A stretch of 64,000 nucleotides of DNA from Octopus sinensis (GCF_006345805.1 NC_043017.1:14694001-14758000); one strand, 5' to 3'. Positions 12,790-26,198 are shown, counted from the stretch's first letter. Program-made: numbers and translations. Notes: generated by a model from the sequence alone, not told the origin.

Positions 12790-12940
12790 CATGGCTGTGT
12801 AGTTAAGAAGTTCATTTCCGCAACTACGGTGTTTTCGGTTCGATCCTACTGCGCGGCACGAGTGTCTTCTACGTTTGCTATCATTATTTAGGTGCATTGG
12901 CAATGGAAATTTGGTCGATGGAAACTGCGGGGGAAGATAT
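12790..12940 (+). mobile_element. SINE family B, degenerate 5' part
   Basis: TGGCTGTGTAGTTAAGAAG...GGTTCGATCCTACTGCGCGGC...GGAAACTG matches the family B head. Confidence 0.6.
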
Positions 12941-13426
12941 ATATATATTTGAAAGTATATAAGGATTACTTAATACAGGTGATTTAAGAAAAAATGTTAC
13001 ACATACACATGTGAATATATATGTGTGCCTGTGTGTCTACAGAGAACGTAGTAATAGAGTATGATCGCCAACAAACAAGAGAGGGAGGGAGGGAGAGAGG
13101 AGAGAAAATTGGCTCTTCTCCGATGGCACCATACAGATCGTTTGCAGTTGTTGACCTGCTATAAGACCTCCAGAATATTTCTGCTGTAGAGTTCTATTCT
13201 CCAATGTCAGCTGCAACACCCATATCTGCCATCACAGACACACAAACAACAGCATTCTATTGGTTGGCCACTTCTACCACAGCTTGGAACATCGACCAGT
13301 CACATCTTGCCTTTGTCTAATATAAGCTTACAAGAAATACACTCAAATGGACTTCTCTGTAAGTAGACACACACACACACACAAGTCTATATACTTTATA
13401 TTGATACATTTATGCATGTATATACA

Positions 13427-13495
<69 letters not shown>
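13427..13495. repeat. (ATCT)n microsatellite
   Basis: Direct reading. Confidence 0.9.
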
Positions 13496-13717
13496 GTCAA
13501 CTCATATACGTACGCGCGTGCGTTGGTGTGTGTACGTTCTGTCTCATAATATAATTCGACTGATACAAAAACTTAGCAATTCGTGGTGCTTTTTTCTTCT
13601 TTGGGATTGTTTACACATCACTACATCACTATCGATTGTTTATACGCCTGTATTGATTAATATTGCAACACAAGCCACCTACTGAAAATGCGCACAAATG
13701 AACACACACGCACGTGT

Positions 13718-13757
<40 letters not shown>

Positions 13758-14214
13758 GAAGAAAAATTCTTGGAAAAGATGTTGAAAACATGAAGTTAGC
13801 TAAATATTTTTTAAAGTTTTTCCGTCAAAGCTTTTCATATGAACGGATCTTTATTTCTTATTAAACTCATTCAAAATATACGACAGTTTGTGAAGAAGTG
13901 TAGGTTTTGTGTCTTGAACAATAGAGAATGTCTCTCCAGGGGACGGCACTATTGGCACATAGTTCCTTTTGCATTTAAGCAAAGAATGAGATGTCTTCCT
14001 GAACTACTGCATCTCTGACCCTGTTACTCACTGGTGTGTTGCTAGAAAGAGTCTAGCAAGAGTCCTGAAATATACATCAACCATTGTAAGAGTGTCTACG
14101 ACAGTGTAATAAGATCGATTAATTCAATCGAAGAATATATTCACTTTTATTAATTGATTGGTTTTTTGGAACTTTAACATCAACAACGACTAATTTATCG
14201 AAGTTCAAACACTA

Positions 14215-14390
14215 AAAATAGCAGCTAAATCTCTTCCCTACCCCACCACCACAAAAAAATCATCACTGTTTGGAAAAGGAAGGACGAATTGAGTCATTTA
14301 GTCAAACATACCCTACAAATACGGATGGTCATGGTTAGATTGTCTTAGATGTTGGGTCTTCTGGGTCAGAGGTGACCGTTTAACAATTGA
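14215..14390 (+). mobile_element. Old unclassified dispersed repeat (family D)
   Basis: Shares degenerate motifs (AAATAGCAGCCAAATCTCCCTC...GGTCATGGCTGG...TGACC) with 9750-9890 and 43420-43770; boundaries approximate. Confidence 0.4.
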
Positions 14391-14889
14391 AACACTAATG
14401 ATTAATGCAACAACTGAGGAATATTTTGGTAGCTAATCCTGATACAAAATATAAATGGCGAGGAACTAAACCTAACAGGTGAGCCCTTGCAACAGCAATA
14501 ATCTCAGGTATGACCTTTGACACCTCCAAATGTCCAAGCAGTGTTTGGCACCAGAATGTGTCATTCCGAACCAAAAATGATGAAGCATTAGTCCTGTACG
14601 TCTAAATGTACCAGAAGAGCTGCGATAAAATCACCATAACGTACCTCAATCCAGGATGTGTACCTGGTACCATGTTACTTTCGAATTAGAAACTTTATTA
14701 CTCAGTAAAAGAACAAGTTTCAGCGTTAGGCTTTACAGAGCGAAGTCGAAATTTATCAGTTTAGGCATTCAAAGTATGTAGAAACTATTTAAAATTGTGG
14801 AATTTCTGTGGATCCTGCTTCTGTGATGATAAGTTAGGTGAGATAGGAGGAGAGGTTATTATCCTTAGTTTGGAAATAGAGGTTCTTAC

Positions 14890-14907
14890 TGTGTGTCGTG
14901 TTGACAA
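14890..14907 (-). CDS. Candidate 18-nt microexon (xVNTTHx), phase-1 symmetric
   Basis: Minus strand: ttcctccgtcttcacgtgtcttttttgcag|TTGTCAACACGACACACA|gtaaga. Frame-compatible with the phase-1 start of exon 4809-5073. Could be a chance match. Confidence 0.3.
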
Positions 14908-15105
14908 CTGCAAAAAAGACACGTGAAGACGGAGGAACTGTAGTGCAGTTGAAGATATCAAGAGTATTTTGTTTTTATCCGAATGGAATAAACTTTAAAA
15001 CGTTTGCTTCTGAAAAAATGAGCGAAGATGAATAAATTGGACGCAAAGATGGCTTGTTGGTCAAAAAGGGGCTTCTGGGTGGGGACGAAGCTCGAGTAAG
15101 GTAAC

Positions 15106-18100
15106 GTGGCTTGCGTGGTGAGGGCATTGCTGGTGTGGTGCGGGTGTGGTTTGTGTGGTGAGGGTGTGGCTTGTGTGGTGAGGAAGGGGCTGGTGTGGTG
15201 CGGGTGTGGCTTGTGTGGTGAGGATGTGGCTGGTGTGGTGCGGGTGTGGTCTGTGTGATGAGGGTGTGGCTTGTGTGGTGAGGATGTGGCTTGTTTGGTG
15301 AGGGTGTGGCTGGCTTGGTGAGGGTGTGGCTGGTGTGGGAAGGGTGTAGTTTATGTGGTGAGGGTGTGGCTTGTGTGGTGAGGATGTGGCTTGTGTGGTG
15401 AGGGTGTGGCTGGTGTTGTGAGGAAGGGGCTGGTGTGGTGCGGGTGTGGCTTGTGTGGTGAGGATGTGGCTGGTGTGGTGCGGGTGTGGTCTGTGTGATG
15501 AGGGTGTGGCTTGTTTGGTGAGGATGTGGCTGGTGTGGTGAGGATGTGGCTGGTGTGGTGAGGGTGTGGCTGGCTTGGTGAGGGTGTGGCTGGTGTGGGA
15601 AGGGTGTGGTTTGTGTGGTGAGGGTGTGGCTTGTGTGGTGAGGATGTGGCTGGTTTGGTGAGGGTGTGGCTTGTGTGGTTAGGGTGTGGCTGTGTGGTAA
15701 GGGTGTGGCTTGTGTGGTGAGGATGTGGCTGGTTTGGTGAGGGTGCGGTTGGTGTGGTAAGGGTGTGGCTGGTGTGGTGAGGATGTGGCTGGTTTGGTGA
15801 GGATGTGGTGTGATGCGGTGCGGGTGTGGGTGGTGTGGTGAGGATGTGGCTGGTGTGGTGAGGGTGTGGTTTGTGTGTGGCTTGTGTGTGAGGATGTGGC
15901 TTGTGTGGTGAGGGTGTGGCTGGTGTTGTGAGGAAGGGGCTGGTGTGGTGCGGGTGTGGCTTGTGTGGTGAGGATGTGGCTGGTGTGGTGCGGGTGTGGT
16001 CTGTGTGATGAGGGTGTGGCTTGTTTGGTGAGGATGTGGCTGGTGTGGTGAGGATGTGGCTGGTGTGGTGAGGGTGTGGCTGGCTTGGTGAGGGTGTGGC
16101 TGGTGTGGGAAGGGTGTGGTTTGTGTGGTGAGGGTGTGGCTTGTGTGGTGAGGATGTGGCTGGTTTGGTGAGGGTGTGGCTTGTGTGGTTAGGGTGTGGC
16201 TGGTGTGGTAAGGGTGTGGCTTGTGTGGTGAGGATGTGGCTGGTTTGGTGAGGGTGCGGTTGGTGTGGTAAGGGTGTGGCTGGTGTGGTGAGGATGTGGC
16301 TGGTTTGGTGAGGATGTGGTGTGATGCGGTGCGGGTGTGGGTGGTGTGGTGAGGATGTGGCTGGTGTGGTGAGGGTGTGGTTTGTGTGGTGAGGGTGTGG
16401 CTTGTGTGGTGAGGATGTGGCTGGTGTGGTGAGGGTGTGGCTGGTGTGGTAAAGGTGTGGTTTGTGTGGTAAAGGTGTGGATTGTGTGGTGAGGATGTGG
16501 CTGGTGTGGTGAGGGTGTGGTTGGTGTGGTTTGTGTGGTGAGGGTGTGGCTGGTGTGGTGAGGGTGTGGCTGGTGTGGTGAGGGTTTGGTTTGTGTGGTG
16601 AGGGTGTGGTTTGTGTGGTGAGGATGTGGTTGGCGTGGTGAGGGTGTGGTTTGTGTGGTGAGGATGTGGTTGGTGTGGTGCGGGTGTGGTTTGTGTGGTG
16701 AGGGTGTGGCTTGTGTGGTGAGGATGTGGCTGGTGTGGTGAGGGTGTGGCTTGTGTGGTGAGGATGTGGCTTGTGTGGTGAGGATGTTGCTGGTGTGATG
16801 ATGGTGTGGCTGGTGTGGTAAGGGTGTGGTTTGTGTGGTGAGGATGTGGTTGGTGTGGTGCGGGTGTGGTTTGTGTGGTGAGGGTGTGGCTGGTGTGGTG
16901 AGGGTGTGGCTGGTGTGGTGAGGATGTAGCTGGTGTGGTGAAGGTGTGGCTTGAGTAGTGAGGATGTGGTTGGTGTGGTGCGGGTGTGGATGTGGTTGGT
17001 GTGGTGCGGGTGTGGTTTGTGTGGTGAGGGTGTGGCTTGTGTGGTGAGGATGTAGCTGGTGTGGTGAGTGTGTGGCTTGAGTAGTGAGGATGTGGTTGGT
17101 GTGGTGCGGGTGTGGCTGGTGTGGTGAGGATGTGGTTGGTGTGGTGCGGGTGTGGTTTGTGTGGTGAGGGTTTGGTTTGTGTGGTGAGGGTGTGGTTTGT
17201 GTGGTAAGGGTGTGGCTTGTGTGGTGAGGATGTGGCTGGTGTGGTGAGGGTTTGGCTGGTGTGGTGAGGATGTGGCTGGTGTGGTGCGGGTGTTGCTGGT
17301 GTAGTGAGGATGTGGTTGGTGTGGTTTCGGGTGTTGCTGGTGTGGTGAGGATGTGGTTGGTGTGGTGCGGGTGTGGTTTGTGTGGTGAGGGTTTGGTTTG
17401 TGTGGTAAGGGTGTGGCTGGTGTGGTGAGGATGTGGCTGGTGTAGTGAGGATGTGGTTGGTGTGATGCGGGTGTTGCTGGTGTGGTAAAGGTCTGGATTG
17501 TGTGGTGAGGGTGTGGCTTGTGGGGTGAGGATGTGACTAGTGTGGTGAGGAAGGGGCTGGTGTGGTGCGGGTGTGGTTTGTGTGGTGAGGATGTGGTTGG
17601 TGTGGTGAGGATGTGGCTGGAGTGGTGGGGATGTGGTTGGTGTGGTGAGGATGTGGTTGGTGTGGTGAGGATGTGGCTGGAGTGGTGGGGATGTGGTTGG
17701 TGTTGTGAGGATGTGGCTGGTGTGGTGAGGGTTTGGCTGGTGTGGTGCGGGTTTGGTTTGTGTGGTAAGGGTGTGGCTGGTGTGGTGGGGATGTGGTTGG
17801 TGTTGTGAGGATGTGGTTGGTGTGGTGAGGATGTGGCTGGTGTGGTGAGGGTTTGGCTGGTGTGGTGCGGGTGTGGTTTGTGTGGTAAGGGTGTGGCTGG
17901 TGTGGTGAGGATGTGGTTGGTGTGGTGAGGATGTGGCTGGTGTGGTGAGGGTTTGGCTGGTGTGGTGCGGGTGTGGTTTGTGTGGTAAGGGTGTGGCTGG
18001 TGTGGTGAGGATGTGGTTGGTGTGGTGAGGATGTGGCTGGTGTGGTGAGGGTGTGGCTGGTGTGGTAAAGGTGTGGTTTGTGTAGTAAGAGTGTGGCTGG

Positions 18101-19455
18101 TTTGGTGAGGATGTGGCTGGTGTGGTGAGGGTTTGGCTGGTGTGGTGCGGGTGTGGTTTGTGTGGTAAGGGTGTGGCTGGTGTGGTAAAGGTGTGGTTTG
18201 TGTGGTGAGGATGTGGTTGGTGTGGTGCGGGTGTGGTTTGTGTGGTGAGGGTGTGGCTTGTGTGGTAAGGATGTGGCTGGTGTGGTGAGGGTGTGGCTGG
18301 TGTGGTAAAGGTGTGGTTTGTGTGGTAAAGGTGTGGATTGTGTGGTGAGGGTGTTGTTTATGTGGTGACGATGTGGCTTACGTGGTGAGGATGTGGCTTG
18401 TGTGGTGAGGATGTTGCTGGTGTGGTGAGGATGTGGTTGGTGTATGAGGGTGTGGCTTGTGTGGTGAGGATGTGGCTGGTGTGGTGCGGGTGTGGTTTGT
18501 GTGGTGAGGGTGTGGCTTGTGTGGTGAGGATGTGGTTGGGGTGGTGCGGGTGTGGTTTGTGTGGTGAGGGTGTGGCTTGTGTGGTGAGGATGTGGCTGGT
18601 GTGGTGAGGGTGTGGCTGGTGTGGTGCGGGTGTGGTTTGTGTGGTGAGGATGTGGTTGGTGTATGAGGGTGTGGCTTGTGTGGTGAGGATGTGGTTGGGG
18701 TGGTGCGGGTGTGGTTTGTGTGGTGAGGGTGTGGCTTGTGTGGTGAGGATGTGGTTTGGGTGGTGCGGGTGTGGTTTGTGTGGTGAGGGTGTGGCTTGTG
18801 TGGTGAGGATGTGGCTGATGTGGTGAGGGTGTGGCTGGTGTGGTAAAGGTGTGGTTTGTGTGGTGAGGGTGTGGCTTGTGTGGTGAGGGTGTGGCTGGTG
18901 TGGTAAGGGTGTGGCTTGTGTGGTGAGGATGTGGCTGGTTTGGTGAGGGTGCGGTTGGTGTGGTAAGGGTGTGGCTGGTGTGGTGAGGATGTGGCTGGTT
19001 TGGTGAGGATGTGGTGTGATTCGGTGCGGGTGTGGTTTGTGTGGTAAGGGTGTGGCTGGTGTGGTGAGGATATGGCTGGTGTGGTGAGGATGTGGCTAGT
19101 GTGGTGCGGGTGTGGTTTGTGTGGTAAGGTTGTGGCTGGTGTGGTGAGGATGTGGCTGGTGTGGTGAGGGTGTTGCTGGTGTGGTGAGGGTGTGGCTGGT
19201 GTGGTGAGGATGTGGTTTGTGTGGTGAGGGTGTGGTTTGTGTGGTGAGGGTGTGGTTTGTGTGGTGAGGGTGTGGTTTGTGTGGTGAGGATCTGGTTAGT
19301 GTGGTGCGGGTTTGGTTGGTGTGGTGCGGGTGTGGTTTGTGTGGTGAGGATGTGGCTGGTGTGGTGAGGATGTGGCTTGTGTGGTGAGGATGTGGTTGGT
19401 GTGGTGCGGGTTTGGTTGGGGTGGTGCGGGTGTGGTTTGTGAGGTGAGGGTGTTG
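15106..19455 (+). repeat. G-rich 20-bp satellite, consensus GGTGAGG(G/A)TGTGGCT(G/T)GTGT, about 217 units, with higher-order repeats
   Basis: 20-bp periodicity is visible throughout; shared variants define blocks of 60, 100, 240-260 and about 510 bp. Confidence 0.97.
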
Positions 19456-20025
19456 GTTTTTAAGTAACGACGGAGATGGCGGCTGCAAGATTGGCCGTGT
19501 GGTTAATTTTACTTTGTAAATACATGGTTACAGGTTCAACCGTACTGTGTCCGTTTGAGTAAGTGTGTTCTACTGTAGCCTGGAGACAAGGAAAGTTTTA
19601 TGAGTAAAATATGGTTGACAGAAACACACTTCATTGCTCTATTAGCAGCCCCTAATCCTTGGGTGCCCCTAGCAGAGTGAACTCTACTACAAACAATCAG
19701 ACAATCAATGTCAGTCTTCTGATGTCTTGGATAATTTCACCTTTCCTTTGAGCAGGTGGGAAGTGTCGTGAATACTGCCCCCCTCCTCCTCTCATGTAAA
19801 ATAAGCTTAAGCTGTGGATCAGGATAGAAACCTTATCTGCCGCTTTGGACAGGAAAGTGTTTCTAATGAAAGAAGCTGGGTCACTGAGAAAACAATTGTT
19901 GGCAGAGATCAATGTTAATTGATATTGAATAGAAGACGATCGGATGTTCGAACAACAATAATATCATCGCATGAAAGAGAATACACATGCATACACACAC
20001 ACACACACACACACACAGATACACG

Positions 20026-20079
<54 letters not shown>

Positions 20080-20818
20080 AATATACGAATCATGATTGAG
20101 AGACTTATAGGAAGGAGAGAGAATTAACCAGGCAGAAAGAATAAGGAAAGAGAGAGAGAGAGAGAGAGAATGAAAAGGGAAGAGGAAGGGGAGTGAAAGG
20201 GAGAGAGAAGGGGAGAGAAAGGAAGGAAGAGGATGATATTGAATTGAAGTGATGACTACTCAGTGGTTGATCCTGAAATGACACTGGAGGACAGTTTGAT
20301 CAACTGGAATGAAGTGAAACTTAATCAATAATATCCAAGTGATTGAGACAGACTGTGGCGGCGACACGTCTTTCATTATCGATTCCTTTATGAGAGCAGA
20401 AAGAAAGAGATGTGTACTGTTTAGATTAAAATTTGTCAGTCATGCAATGAAAAGATGTCGCCATTGTGTAGAATGCATGGATGTTGTTGACAAGGCGGAG
20501 AGAAGAGCGTTGGGTGACGTTACTCGAAGAATCTAGTAATCTACAATATGTCAGCAATTAGAGATTTCTCCATGAACTTTTGTTATTATAAATGGGAGTC
20601 AAAGACAACAACAACCGTTTGTGGCACGGCGATTCCTGTCAGAAATTTCTTGCGATTTGTGGTAATCTCAACATTTTTTTGCCTCTAGTCATGCAAACGA
20701 CAATCCCAGATTTCGATCCCCATGTTGCTTGAAAGGGTTCAGAAAATATCGAAAGTTTGTATGTCAAGAGGACAAAGCTCTGAGCTTTAGGGACTGTCAG
20801 CATGTGAGTGAGTGAGAG

Positions 20819-20870
<52 letters not shown>

Positions 20871-21108
20871 GAGAAAGAGAGTGGGTGCGGGACACTTGTT
20901 ATTTCTCTGTTAGATGAAAAACCAGAGATCCGAAATGATAGTATTCTCTCACCCCAAATAGGAGTTCTTCCTTATAATCGTTTCTCACACTATGCATTTT
21001 AGTGTCCAACCTTCATTCCGGACACCGTAGCACCAAAGAATCCCTGTCCTCCCTCAATTTAATTAATGAAATTAACCTCAGAACAATGAGGTATTAAACA
21101 TACCTTAA

Positions 21109-21177
<69 letters not shown>

Positions 21178-21430
21178 ATATGTAGAAAAAATGAAAAGGG
21201 ACACATGAGTTGATGTATATAAAGAAAATAAGTCAAGGTAGAAAATGCTAAAATAATTTTACCATGAACATTTTAGTTTCAGCCATTGAGACTTTTTCAA
21301 CTGAGAGTTGACTTATATTCTTTATATATATATATATATATAGGCGTATACACCATAAGGCAGATATGTGTGTGTGTATGCATTTGTGCACACACGTACA
21401 CATACGAAAACACTGCTACCTCTAAAGTAG

Positions 21431-21445
21431 ACACCAGATGGCGCA
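21431..21445 (+). promoter_or_regulatory. CTCF-like motif ACACCAGATGGCGCA
   Basis: Matches the CTCF core CCASYAGRKGGCRS except at the first base. Confidence 0.35.
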
Positions 21446-21780
21446 AGGACACTTAGAATGTCGTAAGGTGTCTCCGTTGAAGTATTGTTGATTCTTGTCC
21501 ATTGAAAGTCAATTGACGCCTGACGCCGGCATTACTGCATGGCTTAAGACGTTCGCTGCTTAGCATCCTGAGGTTGCCGAGTTCGATTCCACTGTGCGGT
21601 GCCTTCTAACTTCCATTTACCCCCTCCACACAAACACATACATACATATAAATAAATGTAAGATGAGATGGTAATATGAAAATACAATAACGAGTGGAAA
21701 GCGAGTTATCAGCCGTACAGCCAAATTAATAGAATATATACATACAATATAATATATACACTTCTGTATAACTGAGAGAA

Positions 21781-23149
21781 CTTAGATTGGTTTCGGCCAT
21801 TATCGGCCCCCGGGTCATGACTAACTCAGTAGCACCACCTGGAAAAGTCCTTTAGTTGATTATTTCGGGACACCATGGACCACTCAAGCACATAGTTGTT
21901 GTTGGTTGAGACGTATCCAGGTGTAGGTGGTTTATCCAGTATTTCCTGGAGGAATTTGTCCAGGTACCGTTCGAAAGTCGTGGGGTTTTCTCTACTTTAA
22001 TTTCTTTTGATGAAACATTGAAAAGTGCAGGACCATTTGCAGCGAAGAAATTGTGTCGCAATGTTCTTATGTGATGTGATCTCGACCTTTGTAGGGGACG
22101 CATTGCACGGGAGCTTAGTCTTGGGTGGATTGTAAACATAATGCCAATATAATTTGGATAATATTGGTGGAATATTTTCCACATGGTGCAAATAATGTAT
22201 CACTCACTGCGGCGTTGCAGAGGATAAAGCTTCAGCTGTTTAAGTTGAGTCCAATAATCAAGTCCCATCATGCCATTTATTAATTTTTTTTGGTGATAGA
22301 TCTTTGTGGGGCTACGATCCGTATTACATCTTGTTTTTTGTAGGAGGGAGGCACAATGGGCAGCAGTATTCGAGGTGGGGCTTAGTGAATGTGGAGAAGA
22401 GAAGGATGATGGTTTCATGAACCCTAGATTGGAAAGTTCTGAGAATCCATGAGCACATTCTGTGGGCAACATCGACTTTTTCGTTGATGTGCACACTCCA
22501 GCTAAGGTTGCTGTCGACAGTTACACCTAAGTCTTTGATATTATCTGGAGGTTCAAGTAGTTTTCCCCACTGTAGTCTATATAGTTGTTCGAGTGTGTCC
22601 TCTCTTCCAAAGTGGATGAGCTCACATTTTTCTTCGTTCAACTGCATATTGTTTTTATTTTTGTGACCACTGGGTTACTGCGCGTAGGTCCGATTAAAGT
22701 ATTGTTCGATCATCTGCTCCCTTAATGACTTTCTGGAGCTTAGAGTCATCTGCAAATATTTTTATGGTGCTATGTTCAATGGAACCTACAATGTCATTGA
22801 TATAGAGAATAAAAAGAAGTGGACCCAGCACAATACCCTGCGGTACACCGCTCGTGACTGTTGCTGGTGTTCAGTGGATGCGATCAACCACAACATGTTG
22901 GGGTCTGTTTGTTAGGATATACCTAATCCATTGAGGTAGCTTTCCACCAACTCCAGCGTTGGATAGTTTCTTTAACAGTATATAGTGGTCGACCCTATCA
23001 AAAGCCTTGCTGAAATCAAGGTATATGACATTCGCGTTGGAGCCCTCACTTAGTGCATTTAAGATGTCATCAAAGTTGTGGTGGAACTGTGTTAGTCAGT
23101 CCCTGCCACCACGAAAGCCATGCTGGTTGTAATTTAGGAGATGATTTTG

Positions 23150-23154
<5 letters not shown>
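21781..23154 (-). mobile_element. CR1/L2-group LINE, 5'-truncated, inactive (RT domain to 3' UTR)
   Basis: Minus strand: QHGFRGG...VIYLDFSKAFDRVDH...SGVPQGIVLGPLLFILYIND...IFADD (22745-22759)...DLGVTVDSNLSWSVHI...PHLEYC. Several stops and frameshifts; ends GGCCGATAATGGCCGAAACCAATCTAAG. Confidence 0.9.
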
Positions 23155-23230
<76 letters not shown>

Positions 23231-23262
23231 AGAGAGACAGAGAGACAGAGAGAGAGAGAGAC

Positions 23263-23302
<40 letters not shown>
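23155..23302. repeat. (TA)n(GA)n/(GACA) compound microsatellite at the LINE truncation point
   Basis: Direct reading. Confidence 0.9.
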
Positions 23303-23307
<5 letters not shown>

Positions 23308-23537
23308 AATAACTGCGTGTTGTTACTACAAAACCGATGGTTTCATATGAATACATTCGCAATTATTTAATCGTATTTTTAGTAATAGTGGTAGTTTAGC
23401 CTTTTGTCAGATTGAGTGCAGACGAGATTTCAGTTGGCGTACAGACGAAAGGGGATACATGGAGGCAATCATTCAAGGTCATTTACTTTGTTTCATGGCA
23501 GTGCTAACCGGTGACACTGACAAAATTATGTAGTATA

Positions 23538-23577
<40 letters not shown>

Positions 23578-24437
23578 CATACACACATACACATAGGTAC
23601 ACACACACATTATGTATTATGAAATGTTATTATTGTTCATTGGTATACTGCATGAGAATTTTGTCCTTTGTACATGCACAAACACACACACATTAAGAAA
23701 TTGCAGTATACACGCAATGTGTGCTTAATATTTTTGGCAATATAATGTATTGTAGCAATTAAGTTGGTGTGCATGTATTAAATTGAATCAAATTAATTGA
23801 GTTGTGTAATCTATTGTATGTGATAATTGCATGTGCGTTATAGTGTATGGATGTGTAAAAATGGAGGCATACACATGTGTTTAGCGTTTGCATGACACTG
23901 GCGTATTAAAGCTTTTCGTGTTTGGTCCATACCTAAGTGTAAACTTAGGCACCGTCACATGCAGAAATGCTGCAGCCTTTCGATGTGGGTTAGGATCACC
24001 TTTTGCCCACTTGATTATTGTTTACAATTTGTGAGCGGAGGATAGATTTGCAGTGTGATGTTCGCTAAGTGGTCACAATAATAATAATAAATATATCAAT
24101 AAAATGGGGTTGATAGCTTTTGAGACGGCATCATGAAATAAAGGGTAATCTGTATTTGTTCCTCTTTAATGGATAGTGATGGTGGGCGTAACATTGTGGT
24201 CACATCCACAACCGTTCCTTTTCGTTGCTGGTGTGAATGTAACAATTATGAATCTGTATTCAGTTTGCATTATGTACAAAAATAATCAACAACAGAAGCC
24301 TCTTGCAATATTTGTTTCCCACCGAGTGACAAACACTTCCTTGTCACTCTCGTCACCAGAAATACAGTGAACCAGTTATTGGCCGGCCAAAAACTTGTAA
24401 CCAATGCCAACGCTAACAGCTAGATGAAATGATATTA

Positions 24438-24830
24438 CAGCGTGGCTGTGTGGCAAGAAGTTTGCTTCTCAGCAGCATGGTTCCGGGTTCAGTCCTACTA
24501 CGTGGCATCTCGGGCAAATGTCTGCTACTATAGCCTTGTGAGTAGATTTGGTAGAAGAAACTGAGAGAAGCCCGTCGTATACATACATATGTATATATAT
24601 TTATTTATGTATGTGTCTTTGTGTCTGTCCACCCCCTGCCATCGCTTAACAACCGATGCTGGTGTGTTATGTCCCCGTAACTTAGAGGTTCGGCAAAAGT
24701 TATCGATTGAATAAGTGCTAGGCTTACGAAGAATAAATCCTGGGGTCAATTTGTATGACTAAAACCCTTTAAGGCAGTGATCCAGCATGGCCGTAGTCAA
24801 ATGACGGAAACAAGTAAAAGAATAAAAGAG
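24438..24830 (+). mobile_element. SINE family B, near full length
   Basis: A-box and B-box head, internal TA tract, 3' end GTCAAATGACGGAAACAAGTAAAAGAATAAAAGAG. Confidence 0.85.
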
Positions 24831-25467
24831 CACACACACACACACACATAAAATTAAATGGTGCTTAAAGAGGAAACCCTAAATTTAGGAATGAACATAC
24901 ACATTCTTCGCGTATACACAGACACACACACATATTGAATATGCATGAATATATGACATAAATGTACATACATAATAATACCTATGTGCATATATGTGAG
25001 TGTAAATATGTGTGTGTAGATTTATATACACACACTCTCACACACACACACATATATATGCCAGGTATCGAATCCAGAACCAGCAGAACCAATCTACAAG
25101 AATATTTTAAATATTGATTTTTGTCTCTAATCGGTTTTGGTTCTGCCTCCAATTTATCTCGAACTCTGCTCTTTTCTCTTCTTTGCTCTCTGCTGCTGTC
25201 TCTGCGTGAACAGCCACACAAAAGCCTCCCATTATATTATATGCCATCATGTGCAGATGACATTAACAAGTTTTTATCATGGAATTTTATTACAGCTATT
25301 TCCATTTCACGCAAGATTCAGAAGACATTAACATGAATACAATGATGTGTGAATTAAAGATAAGAGTATTTTGGCAGATGTAGCTGTCACCAGACAAGTT
25401 TCAAAGAGATACCAAACGACTCCGTACATTTCTTTTAGATGATTTACTTACAAAAGGTATATGCATA

Positions 25468-25468
25468 C

Positions 25469-25519
<51 letters not shown>

Positions 25520-25911
25520 TAGATGTTAATATAAATATACATATACATACATATATGTGTATATATATACATACATGTATATATATATATATACATATAC
25601 ATACATATATGTGTATATATACATACATGTATATATATATATATGCATAGATGTTTATATAAATATACATATGCATACATATATGTGTATATATATACAT
25701 ACATGTATATATATATATATATGCATAGATGTTTATATAAATATACATATGCATACATATATGTGTATATATATACATACATGTATATATATATATATAT
25801 GCATAGATGTTTATATAAATATACATATACATACATATATGTGTATATATACATACATGTATATATATATATATATATGCATACATATATACATGTATAT
25901 ATATATATATG

Positions 25912-25948
<37 letters not shown>

Positions 25949-26002
25949 CACATATACATGTATATATATATATATATGCATACCTGTATATATATATATA
26001 TA

Positions 26003-26077
<75 letters not shown>
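25468..26077. repeat. Complex TA/CA array containing a 78-bp higher-order unit
   Basis: Anchor GCATAGATGT recurs at 25517, 25645, 25723 and 25801 (spacing 128, 78, 78). Confidence 0.85.
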
Positions 26078-26079
<2 letters not shown>

Positions 26080-26194
26080 TCCTTCTTCCTTTGACTGACC
26101 AGGCTATCAGATGTTGTTACACATCGCCGGTCACAATGCGCTTCGCATTGTTTTAGCCTTCATATGACGCCACCCCGCTGGCTAAGCGAGCAGG

Positions 26195-26198
<4 letters not shown>
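26078..26198 (-). mobile_element. Fragment of a dispersed repeat (SINE-like 3' segment)
   Basis: GC-richer island between two TA arrays (TTGGCCTGCTCGCTTAGCCAGCGGGGTGGCGTC on minus). Recognised from memory as an octopus repeat; single copy in this window. Confidence 0.4.

Noticed and set aside
14032-14064. 33-nt minus segment with ttcag acceptor and gtgagt donor
   Set aside because: It is open only in phase 2, which does not fit the phase-1 start of exon 4809-5073. It could be non-coding but has no support.
15106-19455. CRISPR-like or immunoglobulin-switch-like array (G-rich, RGYW motifs in each unit)
   Set aside because: There are no unique spacers or cas genes. The RGYW content follows from base composition, and nothing in the window indicates a recombination system.
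17518-19488. His/Pro/Thr-rich and Val/Trp/Cys/Gly-rich repeat ORFs
   Set aside because: They derive from the 20-bp satellite. The unit is not a multiple of 3, ORFs occur on both strands, and there are no splice or start signals.
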